Part shown: positions 41,985 through 51,897 of the stretch, in pieces | Layout of the letters: every line of letters begins with the position of its first letter | Position numbering within the stretch: position 1 is the first letter of the stretch | Assembly: GCA_963763095.1 (NCBI GenBank) | Contig: CAVXNR010000015.1 | Span: forward strand, 73,865 to 137,864 | Source: Vicinamibacteria bacterium | GTDB lineage: Bacteria > Acidobacteriota > Vicinamibacteria > Vicinamibacterales > JAENWD01 | Length of the DNA: 64,000 nt | Direction of reading: 5' to 3' | Program-made: the position numbers and the translations under genes | Notes under the pieces: generated by a model | The model's input: only the letters and a program-made list of their open reading frames with translations | Databases searched by the model: none | What the model was told of the DNA's origin: nothing

Positions 41985-42622
41985 GTGAGTGGCGCCACCG
42001 TCGCCGCCTTCGCCGCGCTCGCGCGATCGGTCGCCCGACGCGACACCCGTGCGCAGGACCACCGGTTTCGGAGGTCGGTCGTAGCCAGCCAGGGCCCGGT
42101 GGATCGCGCGGTCGCGAAAGCGGTTGGCCCACTCGGCAAGGAATGGCTCCATGCGCCGATCGCGCTGGTCATCGCCCTTGTGCTCTGGCAGCGCGGTGCG
42201 GGCCGGCGAGCGGCGCCTCCGCTGATGGCTTCGATCAGCGCCGAACTCGTAAACCGCCTGTGCGAGCGCACGCTGCACATCCGCCAGCCGCCGCCCGGCA
42301 AGAAGGAGAACCGGCACAAGCCAAGCTTCCCGAGTGGCCATGCGCTTGAAACCGCCGCGGTGGCCCTGGCGAGCAGCTACGTGCTGGCGAGGCAAGGGGT
42401 GGTGCCTGCGGCCCCTTCGGCCGTTGTCGCCGTCGCTCTCGCAGCAGCATCCGGCGGCGGCCGCGTATACCTCGACCGCCACTGGGCGTCGGACAGCGTG
42501 GGCGGATACCTGCTGGCATCGGCATCGCTGCCGCGTGCGGCGCGCTCTACGAGACGGCGGCGGACCAGCGCTCAGTCCGGCCGGGCGCCTTCGGCAGCAA
42601 TCTGCAGCCGCAGTCCGCTTGA
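41985..42622 (+). CDS. PAP2-superfamily phosphatase (frame broken near 42516)
   Basis: SFPSGHA and DRHWASDSVGGYLL are PAP2 motifs. After ctgctgg|catc the +1 frame reads GIGIAAACGALYETAADQRSV...*, a plausible last TM helix, and ends at TGA 42620-42622. Confidence 0.7.
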
Positions 42623-43255
42623 CGCGTTCGGCGGCGCGACCTGAATGAGTCGCAAGTCTCGAACGAGCGCGTCGCAGTCGTGGAGCTCCGCATAGGTCGT
42701 CAACATCCCGATCACTCTGGCACCCGCCGCCCGACCGGCCTGCACGCCGGCCGGTGTGTCCTCCACGACCACGCATCGCGCGGGCTCGACACCCAATGCA
42801 TGCGCGGCTCGCCGGTATCCTTCGGGATCCGGCTTTCCGATCTGAACGTCGGCCGCTCCGATGAGCAGCCGCGGCACCGGCAGCCCGACCCCCGCGACGC
42901 GCCGGCGCGCGATCTCCGCGTCAGCCGATGTCACGATCGCCCACCGTGCGGCTGGGAGCGCGTGGAGGAGCGAGGCCGCACCGGCCACAGCCGTTTCGCC
43001 CCCGTGCTCCCGCGCCTCCTCTTCCTCTTCCGCGTCGAGCTGCGCGGCTTCCTCCGGCGTGGCGAACTGCGGGGCCACGAGCTGCATCGTCTCGAGCGTG
43101 CGGCGCCCGTGTGCGACCGCAAGGATGGCAGTCGCCGACACACCGCGCCGTTCCGCCCATCGCAGCCACATGCGCTCGACCAGCGCGCGCGAGTCGACGA
43201 GGGTGCCATCCATGTCGAACAGGACGGCGTCGCAGTCGAGAACCACTGGAGGCAT
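42572..43255 (-). CDS. HAD-superfamily hydrolase (beta-phosphoglucomutase/phosphatase-like)
   Basis: MPPVVLDCDAVLFDMDGTLVDS carries the DxDGT motif. VVEDTPAGVQAGRAAG is also present. Start at ATG 43255. Confidence 0.82.
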   Translation of the reverse strand: MPPVVLDCDAVLFDMDGTLVDSRALVERMWLRWAERRGVSATAILAVAHGRRTLETMQLVAPQFATPEEAAQLDAEEEEEAREHGGETAVAGAASLLHALPAARWAIVTSADAEIARRRVAGVGLPVPRLLIGAADVQIGKPDPEGYRRAAHALGVEPARCVVVEDTPAGVQAGRAAGARVIGMLTTYAELHDCDALVRDLRLIQVAPPNASSGLRLQIAAEGARPD

Positions 43256-43337
43256 TGTCAGCGTCAGCCGGAGCCATGACCTGCGTTGCAGGCCGTCAGT
43301 AAGCCGGAGCCTGTGGGGCGAGGACCGATGCCGCTGG

Positions 43338-44195
43338 TCAGGACAGGAGCGTGCCGGCGTTCGCACCTGCCGGAAGCGTGCGCCCGCCCGGGAAGGTGTA
43401 GTGCAGCCCGCCATCGCGCCACTCGCGGAGGCGGTACAAGGTACAGAACGTGAAGTCGGGCGCGGCACCGCCCTGGCCGCCCACGAGCTCGCCGCCGCGG
43501 CGCACGTTGTCCTGCATCCACGCGGGCAGCAGCAGGTGATACGGGTTCCGCTCGACCTCGCCCACGTGGAACGACAGGGCTGTCATCATCTCCGCGACGT
43601 CCTCGGGAGATGACTCCACGGTCAGGTTGGGGGACGCCATGGCCCCCCAGAATTCGGTCTCGACGACAGTGCAGCTGAAAGGGGATGGCTGGCGTGCGAG
43701 CGCATCCACTACAAGGTGATGCGTGCCGATGTGCGTGCTGTTCCAATCGGTATCGTGGGGAAAGAACACGATCCGCGGCTGCTCACGGGACAGAATCCCC
43801 GCGATGACCGCAACCGACGCCTCCCAGGCGGCGGCGTCCTGTTGCCGTGTCCTTTCGTTGATCCGCTCGAGACCGCCGGGCACCGTTTCCAGCAGATCGA
43901 ACCCGAGGTACTCGCACGCCGCGGCCAGTTCGGCCCAGCGCGCCGCTTGCCGGTCCTTCCTGCTGCCCTGCGTTACGGCGACGTTGACGACACGCACGCC
44001 GGCTTCCCGCAGCATGCGCAGCGCGAGCCCGCCGATGATGCACTCGTCGTCCGGATGCGGGGAGAAGACGAGCGCCTTCGGAGCGGTGTCGGGCAGCGGC
44101 TGGCGAAGCGGCGTGGGGAAGCCTCCGAGCGGATACTGCTTGCCGTCGTTCACGAGGCGGGCAATTTCGGTGACCAGGTGCCGGTATGGGTTCAT
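43338..44195 (-). CDS. PIG-L/LmbE-family deacetylase
   Basis: LVFSPHPDDECIIGG is the PIG-L zinc motif. Confidence 0.82.
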   Translation of the reverse strand: MNPYRHLVTEIARLVNDGKQYPLGGFPTPLRQPLPDTAPKALVFSPHPDDECIIGGLALRMLREAGVRVVNVAVTQGSRKDRQAARWAELAAACEYLGFDLLETVPGGLERINERTRQQDAAAWEASVAVIAGILSREQPRIVFFPHDTDWNSTHIGTHHLVVDALARQPSPFSCTVVETEFWGAMASPNLTVESSPEDVAEMMTALSFHVGEVERNPYHLLLPAWMQDNVRRGGELVGGQGGAAPDFTFCTLYRLREWRDGGLHYTFPGGRTLPAGANAGTLLS

Positions 44196-44201
44196 GGGGC
44201 C

Positions 44202-45608
44202 TCAGGCGTTGAGCGCGGGAAGGCTGGCGGCGGCGATGGCCTGGCCGTGACGCTTGTCCTGCTCGTCTGGCACGTGCACTTGGATGCGCCCGGCGAGCTG
44301 CGGAAACTCGGCGTCGAGCACGGCACGGGCGCCGGCGACGATGAGGTCGCCACCGCTCCCGGAGGTGACGCGCCCGAGCACGAGCACGTGCTGAAGGTCG
44401 TAGAAGTCCGCGAAGTGTGCGATCCCGTAGCCCAGGTACGTCCCGAGCGTTTCGTAGATCTTCCGGGCACGATAATCGCCGGCGGCCATTAGAGACTGCA
44501 CCAGCTTCAGCTTGTCGGGCAACGGCATGTCGCGAGGTGCGTCGATGCCGGCGAGCGGCATGAGTCGGCTCAAACACTGCTGAGAGAAATACTGGGAGCC
44601 GACGCCGTAATCGCCCGACCACTCATCGACCGGACCGGCCGGGTTGAGGTCGATTGGCACGAAGGCGAGCTCGTCGAGCCACGACGTGATGTTGCCGTCC
44701 CGCGTGACGTAACCTGCCGCGGTGCTGGTGCCGAGCGCAATGCCGAGGATGGCGTTGACGCCGAGCGACATCGAGCCCGCGAGGGCCGTCACCTCGCCAT
44801 CGTTGACGACCTCGAATGGGATGTCGCCCCACACGCGGCGGATCTCCAGGAACAGATCGCGGACGCGACGCTGGAACACGTCGGGCGGCACGCCGCGGAA
44901 CAGGGAGCCCGCCTTCACCCGATTGTTGACGTATACACCCGCGGCGCTGCCGCCAATCGCATCCACCCTGGGCATATGCGCTGCCGCCTTCTGCAGCGAG
45001 TCCATGATGCCGTCGAAGTGGTACTGCGGATCGGGCTTGTGATACGGGTCCCAGACGGTCTCCTCGCTGAACACCACCTTGCCGTCAATCACCGCCGCGA
45101 CCTTTCGGTCGCTGCCCCCGAGATCGAACCCGATCCGGCAGCCCTCGAGATGGCGGCCGAGCGGCTTTGTTTCAGACTGCTCCTCGGGCAGATCATCAGT
45201 CCGGACGATGGCGAGCGGGTGATCGAACATCCGTTCACCGACCAGGTGGGCGTCGAACCTTCCGGTGGGGGAGTCGGCGTAGTGCGCGGCCAAGGCTCGT
45301 GCGAGTGCTTCCGGCGCATCGAGGTGGATGCGCCACCCCCCACGCGACCAGAGCAGGAACTTGAGAAAGCGTTCGAGGTACCGTGTGTTGCCCGCCGCCC
45401 CGGGATGTGTGCCGGGGAGCACGCGGACGTCGAACCGGAACACTGACCCGTCGGCCTGCTCCAGGGCGACCCGCACCGGCACGGCACCGGGCGTTTCGGC
45501 CACCAGGGCCTGGTAGGCGTGCGCGCTCAGCACAGCCGGCCGGAAGGCCGGGTCGAGCACCGGCGTAACCTCGGGTGCCACGAGCGCGAGGCCGTCGTTC
45601 GTGTTCAT
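44202..45608 (-). CDS. ROK-family sugar kinase-like protein with ~150-aa N-terminal extension
   Basis: The ASKHA-fold motif is CRIGFDLGGSDRKVAAV. GVNAILGIALGTSTAAGYV is also present. Only 6 nt separate it from the PIG-L gene. Confidence 0.7.
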   Translation of the reverse strand: MNTNDGLALVAPEVTPVLDPAFRPAVLSAHAYQALVAETPGAVPVRVALEQADGSVFRFDVRVLPGTHPGAAGNTRYLERFLKFLLWSRGGWRIHLDAPEALARALAAHYADSPTGRFDAHLVGERMFDHPLAIVRTDDLPEEQSETKPLGRHLEGCRIGFDLGGSDRKVAAVIDGKVVFSEETVWDPYHKPDPQYHFDGIMDSLQKAAAHMPRVDAIGGSAAGVYVNNRVKAGSLFRGVPPDVFQRRVRDLFLEIRRVWGDIPFEVVNDGEVTALAGSMSLGVNAILGIALGTSTAAGYVTRDGNITSWLDELAFVPIDLNPAGPVDEWSGDYGVGSQYFSQQCLSRLMPLAGIDAPRDMPLPDKLKLVQSLMAAGDYRARKIYETLGTYLGYGIAHFADFYDLQHVLVLGRVTSGSGGDLIVAGARAVLDAEFPQLAGRIQVHVPDEQDKRHGQAIAAASLPALNA

Positions 45609-46116
45609 GTCGCGGAGATCGATACCACAACCGGGACGGCGGTCAAAGCGCCGCCCCTGACCGCGTATCTCCGTTCAGTTTTGGGTCCTCGACCGCCGCT
45701 CTGGCGAATGTGCCCCACCGCCTGTCCGCGGCGGCTCGGCTCGAGCCCACTCGTAAGAACGGGGCTCCGATGTGTATCGATGAAATTCACCGTTGCGGTC
45801 ATGAACCATATATAGACGGGCTATCGAACCCGCGAAAGCGAGCCGATTAGTATTCAAGACATACAAAAAGGCCCAGCATATGTCGGTCTGCTGGCAATAC
45901 ATGTATGTTTGTGCGCCAAAAGGGCGCAACGGTATGACAGGGTTCGCGGGAACGTGGCGGGGACGCCGCTTCTCCGGGACCTGACATCGCGCGCTGCCCA
46001 CGCGTGCCGATGACCGGGCGATAGCGACCGGCGATTCCACGACAAATGGAGCTCATCAACAGCGATTTCAGCTGTCACGGTCGAGGTGTGTCCGCGACAG
46101 CGTGCAGGACGAAGAC

Positions 46117-49100
46117 ATGGGCATCAATCGCATCGGATTTTCTAACTGCCCTTACCTTCACGCTCGCCGTATCGCTTCCGGCTGCCGGGGCCACTATCAC
46201 CGTGGAGGCCGGCGGAAACCTCCAGGCCGCCCTCGACAACGCCGCCGCAGGCGACACGATCCTCTTGCAGGCAGGCGCGACGTTCATCGGGAACTTCGTC
46301 GTCCGGAGCGGAAAGGTCTCCCTGACCATCCGGTCGTCTGCCCCCGACACGCTCCTGCCCGCCGCCGGGCAGCGCACCTCGCCCCAGGTACTCGGCGTAC
46401 CTGCCCAAGCTGAAGTCGCCGAACAACGTCGCGGCGTTGACCATTCAACCTGGCGCGTCCTACATCACCCTGCTGCACCTCGAAGTGCTGCCAGCGTCCA
46501 ACGGCAGCTCGAGCCTGATCGAGCTCGGTTACGTCGACTCCCGCCAGACCACCATCGCACAGGCACCGCACCACCTCGTGCTCGACCGGCTGCTCGTGAC
46601 GATTCCCGCAACCCAGGCGCAGAGGCGTGGGATCGCGCTGAACAGCGCGAGCACCCAGGTGCTCGGGTGCCATCTGGCCGGCTTGAAGTTCGCGGGCGCG
46701 GATTCGCAGGCCATTGCGGGCTGGAACGGGCCGGGGCCCTTCGTGATCGAGAACAACTATCTCGAAGGCGCTGGTGAGAACCTGATGTTCGGCGGATCCG
46801 ATCCGACCATACCCGGGCTCGTGCCCACGGGCATCCAGATCCGCCGGAACCACTTCTCGAAGCCGATCGCCTGGAAGGGCAGTTCCTGGACGGTGAAGAA
46901 CATTCTCGAGCTGAAGAATGCACAGGACGTGGTCATCGAGGCCAACCTGCTCGAGTACAACTGGCTCGCCGCGCAGCAGGGGTACTCGGTTCTGTTCACG
47001 CCCCGCAATCAGTACGGTGGCAACAATGACACCGTGGTGCAGCGGGTGAAGTTCGTCAACAACAAGGTCCGGCACGTCTCGTCGGTGTTCAACATCCTCG
47101 GCCGGGATAACAATTTCCCCAGCCAGCTGACCAACGACATCGAAATCCGGAACAACGTCTTCGAAGACGTGTCCAAGGCGGCCTACGGCGGTTCGGGACG
47201 CATGCTGCTCATCGACGGCGGCGACAACATCCGGGTCATCAACAACACGTCGCTCAACGCCGGCACCGCCATCTACGCCACCGGTCATGCGGTGACCGGG
47301 TTCCTGCTGGAGAACAACATCTTCGATTACGGCGACTTCGGCATCATGGGTGACGGTGCCTCGCCAGGCAAGGGCACCCTCACGACCTGGTTCCCCGGCT
47401 CCGTCGTGCTGGGCAACGTGATACCCGACAACACGCAGCCGTGGACGTTCCCCGTTGGCAACTCGTACCCGGTGAACTGGGCTGCGGTGGGGTTGGTGGA
47501 TCTGGCCGGCGGGAACTACCGCCTCGCCCCGACGAGCGCCTACATCGCCGCCGGCACGGGTGGCACAACGCCGGGCGCGGACGTGGACGCGCTCGAGACT
47601 GCGTTGTCCGGCGGGCCGCCCATCCCGCCGGCGTGCACATTCTCGGTGGCGCCCTCCTCGCACGACTCTCCGGCGGGCGGCGACACATTCAGCGTCGCCG
47701 TGACCGCCAGCGACGCCTCGTGCGCCTGGAGTGCGTCAGCTGCGCCCTGGATCACCCCGTCACCGACCGGCGGCAGGGGATCGGGCACCGTCGTGCTGAC
47801 GGTCAGCCCGAATGCCACCACGGCACCGCGCTCGGCCAGCGTGATGGTAGCCGACAGCGCCGTAGCCGTCACCCAGGCGCCGGTCTGCGCGTTCACCCTG
47901 GCGCCCTCGTCGCACGACTCTCCCGCGGGCGGCGACACCTTCAGCGTCGGCGTGACCGCCAGCGACGCCTCGTGCGCCTGGAGTGTGTCAGCTGCGCCCT
48001 GGGTCACCCCGTCACCGACCGGCGGCACGGGATCGGGCACCGTCGTGCTGACGGTCAGCCCGAATGCCACCACGGCACCGCGCTCGGCCAGCGTGATGGT
48101 AGCCGACAGCGCCGTAGCCGTCACCCAGGCGCCGGTCTGCGCGTTCACCCTGGCGCCCTCGTCGCACGACTCTCCCGCGGGCGGCGACACCTTCAGCGTC
48201 GGCGTGACCGCCAGCGACGCCTCGTGCGCCTGGAGTGTGTCAGCTGCGCCCTGGGTCACCCCGTCACCGACCGGCGGCACGGGATCGGGCACCGTCGTGC
48301 TGACGGTCAGCCCGAATGCCACCACGGCACCGCGCTCGGCCAGCGTGATGGTAGCCGACAGCGCCGTAGCCGTCACCCAGGCGCCGGTCTGCGCGTTCAC
48401 CCTGGCGCCCTCGTCGCACGACTCTCCGGCGGGCGGCGACACCTTCAGCGTCGCCGTGACCGCCAGCCACGCCTCGTGCGCCTGGAGTGTGTCAGCTGCG
48501 CCCTGGATCACCCCGTCAGCGACCGGCGGCACGGGATCGGGCACCGTCGCGCTGACGGTCAGCCCGAATGCCACCACGGCACCGCGCTCGGCCAGCGTGA
48601 TGGTAGCCGACAGCGCCGTAGCCGTCACCCAGGCTGCGCCGGACGTGGCGCCGGTTTGCGCGTTCACCCTGGCGCCCTCGTCGCACGACTCTCCGGCGGG
48701 CGGCGACACATTCAGCGTCGCCGTGACCGCCAGTCACGCCTCGTGCGCCTGGAGTGTGTCAGCTGCGCCCTGGATCACCCCGTCAGCGACAGGCGGCACG
48801 GGATCGGGCACCGTCGTGCTGACGGTCAGCCCGAATGCCACCACGGCACCGCGCTCGGCCAGCGTGATGATAGCCGGCAGCGCCGTAGCGGTCACCCAGG
48901 CTGCGCCGGACGTGGCGCCGGTCTGCGCGTTCACCCTGTCGCCCTCTAATGTGAAGGTCCTGGCTGGTGGCACAACGTTCGCCGCGACTCTCACGGCCTC
49001 CGCCCCCTCGTGCGGCTGGATCGCCAGCGCAAACGCCGGGTGGGTCAGCTTGTCATCGACAAGCGGTGCGGGCACCGCGACCCTCTCCGTCACCGTCGCA

Positions 49101-49190
49101 GCGACGACGACGAACGGGGCGCGCAGCGCGACAATCACCGCAGGCGGTAAGACGCTCGCCGTGCAGCAGAGCGGCCTAAGGAAAAAGTAA
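46117..49190 (+). CDS. secreted right-handed beta-helix protein with six C-terminal Ig/BACON-like repeats (two 5' frame breaks)
   Basis: ATG 46117 gives MGINRIGF. After removal of one T from the T4 run at 46138-46141 it continues LTALTFTLAVSLPAAGA|TITVEAGGNLQAAL.., a good signal peptide. A second break lies at 46388-46400, joining ..GQRTSPQ to YLPKLKSPNNVAALTIQPG... The body has ENNY.EGAGENLMFGG and NN-type beta-helix turns, followed by six ~84-89-aa repeats. Confidence 0.75.
47628..49190 (+). repeat. tandem coding repeats: five near-identical units (252, 252, 252, 267, 267 bp) plus one divergent unit
   Basis: Units start at 47628, 47880, 48132, 48384, 48651 and 48918. Units 2 and 3 appear identical at DNA level. 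Each encodes P(V/A)C(A/T)F(T/S)(L/V)APSSHDSPAGGDTFSV.VTAS.ASCAWS.SAAPW.TPS.TGG.GSGTV.LTVSPNATTAPRSASV... Confidence 0.92.
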
Positions 49191-49228
49191 CGCCGATTTT
49201 GGGGGGGCCGGCCCGGGCGTTGGTACTG

Positions 49229-50476
49229 TCACTGCGCCCTGGTAGGTCCCCCGTGCGTCACCCGCCAAATCCTGCCCGCGCCGTCGTCAGTCACCAGCAG
49301 CGAGCCGTCTTTCAGGACGGCGAGCCCGACGGGGCGGCCCCACACCTCCGGCGAGTCCTCGCCGAGCATCCAGCCGACGAGGAAATCCTCGTACCCGCCG
49401 GCTGCGTCTCCACCCTTGAACGGCACGAACACGACTTTGTAGCCGGTCCGTCTGGTGCGGTTGGACGATCCGCGCAGCGCTACAAACGCGCCGCCGTGAT
49501 AGTGCGCCGGAAACTGCGGGGCATCGTAGAAGGCGAGCGTCATCACCGACGAGTGCGACTGCAGGAGGACGTCGGGCACGACCGCGGTCTTCACTAAATC
49601 GGGCCGTGCGCCCTTGTGCCGGGGATCCTCGTGTGCGCCGATGTAGGCGTACGGCCAGCCAAAGAATGCGCCCGTCCGCGCCCGGGCCAGGTAATCAGGC
49701 ACGAGGTCATCCCCCATCCCGTCCCGTTCCTGGACGGTGATCCATGGCTCGCGGGTCCGGGGATGAAAGTCGATACCAACGGGATTCCGGGTGCCCGTCA
49801 CGACGACCTCGCGGCCGGAGCCGTCGGGCTTGAAGCGCAGGACAGCCGCGCGCAGCGGATCCGGGTCCACGTCGATGTTGGAGGCCGAGCCGACTGTGAC
49901 GTAGAACCAGGTGCCGTCCGGGCTGAACCGGATGTTGCGGGTCGAGTGACCTGTCGGTCCGTGCGGGAGATCCGCGATCTTCTCGCCGGCCGCGGTCGCC
50001 TGCCGCTGGCCGGAGGCGTAGGGGAACCGCAGCACCGCGTCGGTCGCGGCGACGTAGAGGTGCCCACCATGGAACGCCATCCCGAAGGGCGCATTCAGGC
50101 CTGTCGCGAACTCGGAACGCTCGCCCCCGTCGATTACGTGATTACCGTCGGCGTCATGGAGCACCAGCACGGTGCCGATCGACGGATCCGCCACAAAGAC
50201 GTCGCCATTTGGGGCCTCGACGGCAATCCGCGGACGCTTGAAATTCTCGGCGAAGATCGCGGCCTGAAATCCTGGTGGCAGCGTCAGCATCGCACCCTCC
50301 GGCCGCGGCACGAGCTTCGGCGGGTTGGAGGCGGACGTGGATGGTTCGGTCAGATCCTTCACGGTGAAGTGATAGCTTTTCAGCTCGGCGGCGGGCGGGC
50401 CGCTCGCCAGCACGCCCGTCGCCGTGAAGGCAGCCGTCACCGCAAGCAGTCGCATCCTCCGAACACACTCCATCAT
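49229..50476 (-). CDS. PQQ-dependent sugar (glucose/sorbosone) dehydrogenase-family beta-propeller, secreted
   Basis: The signal is MMECVRRMRLLAVTAAFTATGVLAS. Family blocks are RNPVGIDFHP, WITVQERDGMGDDLVPDY and FGWPY. GGAGAGGAG lies upstream of the GTG/ATG cluster at 50473-50479. Confidence 0.8.
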   Translation of the reverse strand: MMECVRRMRLLAVTAAFTATGVLASGPPAAELKSYHFTVKDLTEPSTSASNPPKLVPRPEGAMLTLPPGFQAAIFAENFKRPRIAVEAPNGDVFVADPSIGTVLVLHDADGNHVIDGGERSEFATGLNAPFGMAFHGGHLYVAATDAVLRFPYASGQRQATAAGEKIADLPHGPTGHSTRNIRFSPDGTWFYVTVGSASNIDVDPDPLRAAVLRFKPDGSGREVVVTGTRNPVGIDFHPRTREPWITVQERDGMGDDLVPDYLARARTGAFFGWPYAYIGAHEDPRHKGARPDLVKTAVVPDVLLQSHSSVMTLAFYDAPQFPAHYHGGAFVALRGSSNRTRRTGYKVVFVPFKGGDAAGGYEDFLVGWMLGEDSPEVWGRPVGLAVLKDGSLLVTDDGAGRIWRVTHGGPTRAQ

Positions 50477-50651
50477 CACGTGTCTCCTCTCCGATCGGCC
50501 CGTGGATGATAGTCCGAGGGCGCTCAGCGTGTTCACACCGCTGAGGCATGGCGGTTGCAGAGACGCCGGAGCGGCCGCACGCACGGCGGGACGATCAGCC
50601 CTGGGCTTCGGGCGATGCCGCATGCCTGGCGCCCGGCACCGGCACGTCGGA

Positions 50652-51866
50652 CTACGCGGGCAGCGTCAGCAGACGGACTGCATTTTCCGAGTACACCTTC
50701 TTCAACACCGGGTCAGGCAACCCGACGCCATAAATCCGCCACCGACCCTGCGCAGGCACCGGCCCGGGGCCGTACTCGAAGTACTCGTCCTCTGTTTCGA
50801 GGAAACGGAAGTAGAACGGGTACAGCTCGTCGCGTACGCCGTCGGTGCCGAACAGGATGCGGTCCTGGTACTTGTCAAAGAAGCGACGCGAAGCCCGGGG
50901 TTGCCGCCCGAGTTCCCCGATGCGGGCGGCGATCTCCACGTGGAGGTTCGGAAACCTGTCGAGCGCCTGCGAGGCACCGCCGAGATCCTCGGACGAGTGT
51001 CCCACGTGCAGTCCGATGAACGTGGTCTTCGGATGCCGCGCGAGCACCCGATCACGCGCCGTTAGCAAGTCGGCGTTCGACGGGTAATCCTTCCCGGCGA
51101 AGGACCAGTCTGGATGGCGCTGCAGCTCCTCATAGCGTTCGTTAAGACCGTCGATGGGGAGAAAGAATGCCGTCGGATCGGAAATATGAATCGCGACCGG
51201 AAGACCGAGCGCCCCGCATGCCTCCCACATGGGATCGAACCGGGGGTCGTCGATCTTCACGAGGGGGCCTGTGGTCACCCCCTCGCGAAGGTAGAGTCCG
51301 AGCGTCTTGAGCACCTTGACGCCGCGCGCCCCCGCCGCCTTCGCGCGGGCGAGCTCGTCGGCCTGCCACCGTCCATAGCCCGGCGCCGCAATGCGGTCGT
51401 ACGACGGCTCGGTGAACATCACGAACCTGCCGGGGTGTGGGGCCTGCAGCGTGCGGACGCTCTCGGCGAGCCCTGCGCCGACACCGCCGGTGAGGTTCAC
51501 GATCGTTCGCAGGTTGCGGCGGTCCATGACCGCCAGCAGGTCGGCAGCCGTCGCGCTCGCGCGGATGTCCTCACCGTGCGGCACGCCCGCGACGCTCCGG
51601 GCGCGAGACGTCGGGTGCGTGTGCACATCGATGACGGGGAAGCGTGCCCGCACTACCGGCGTTTCCGGCACCACCAGCATGCTGCGCGGCTGGAAGTCTT
51701 TCAGCAGGAGCGTGTCCGTGGGGTTCGGGGATGCTGGCGCTGCAGGCGCCGCTGACTCTCCTGGCGGCGGCTGGACTGCCTGCCGCACACCGGCCTGCGT
51801 GCGGCCCGCCGCCAGTGCGGCCCCCATGGTCGTCAGCCACGCTCGCCGGCTCAGGCTGTTCTTCAT
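50652..51866 (-). CDS. TAT-exported amidohydrolase-family protein (paralog of 12684..13802)
   Basis: MKNSLSRRAWLTTMGAALAAGRTQAG is the signal and VIDVHTHP is the metal motif. The C-terminal half is collinear with the 12684 gene (RFFDKYQDRILFGTD / EFFTKYQDRVLFGKD). Confidence 0.82.
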   Translation of the reverse strand: MKNSLSRRAWLTTMGAALAAGRTQAGVRQAVQPPPGESAAPAAPASPNPTDTLLLKDFQPRSMLVVPETPVVRARFPVIDVHTHPTSRARSVAGVPHGEDIRASATAADLLAVMDRRNLRTIVNLTGGVGAGLAESVRTLQAPHPGRFVMFTEPSYDRIAAPGYGRWQADELARAKAAGARGVKVLKTLGLYLREGVTTGPLVKIDDPRFDPMWEACGALGLPVAIHISDPTAFFLPIDGLNERYEELQRHPDWSFAGKDYPSNADLLTARDRVLARHPKTTFIGLHVGHSSEDLGGASQALDRFPNLHVEIAARIGELGRQPRASRRFFDKYQDRILFGTDGVRDELYPFYFRFLETEDEYFEYGPGPVPAQGRWRIYGVGLPDPVLKKVYSENAVRLLTLPA

Positions 51867-51897
51867 CGCGCCTCCTGTCTTGCGTCCGGTTACAACC

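Noticed and set aside
47441-48949. ORFs 47441..48949(+) and 47540..48709(-) across the tandem repeats
   Set aside because: They are off-frame or antisense readings of the repeat array. Their periodicity simply mirrors the DNA repeats. The 46437..49190 frame has the domain-like Cys/Trp pattern.
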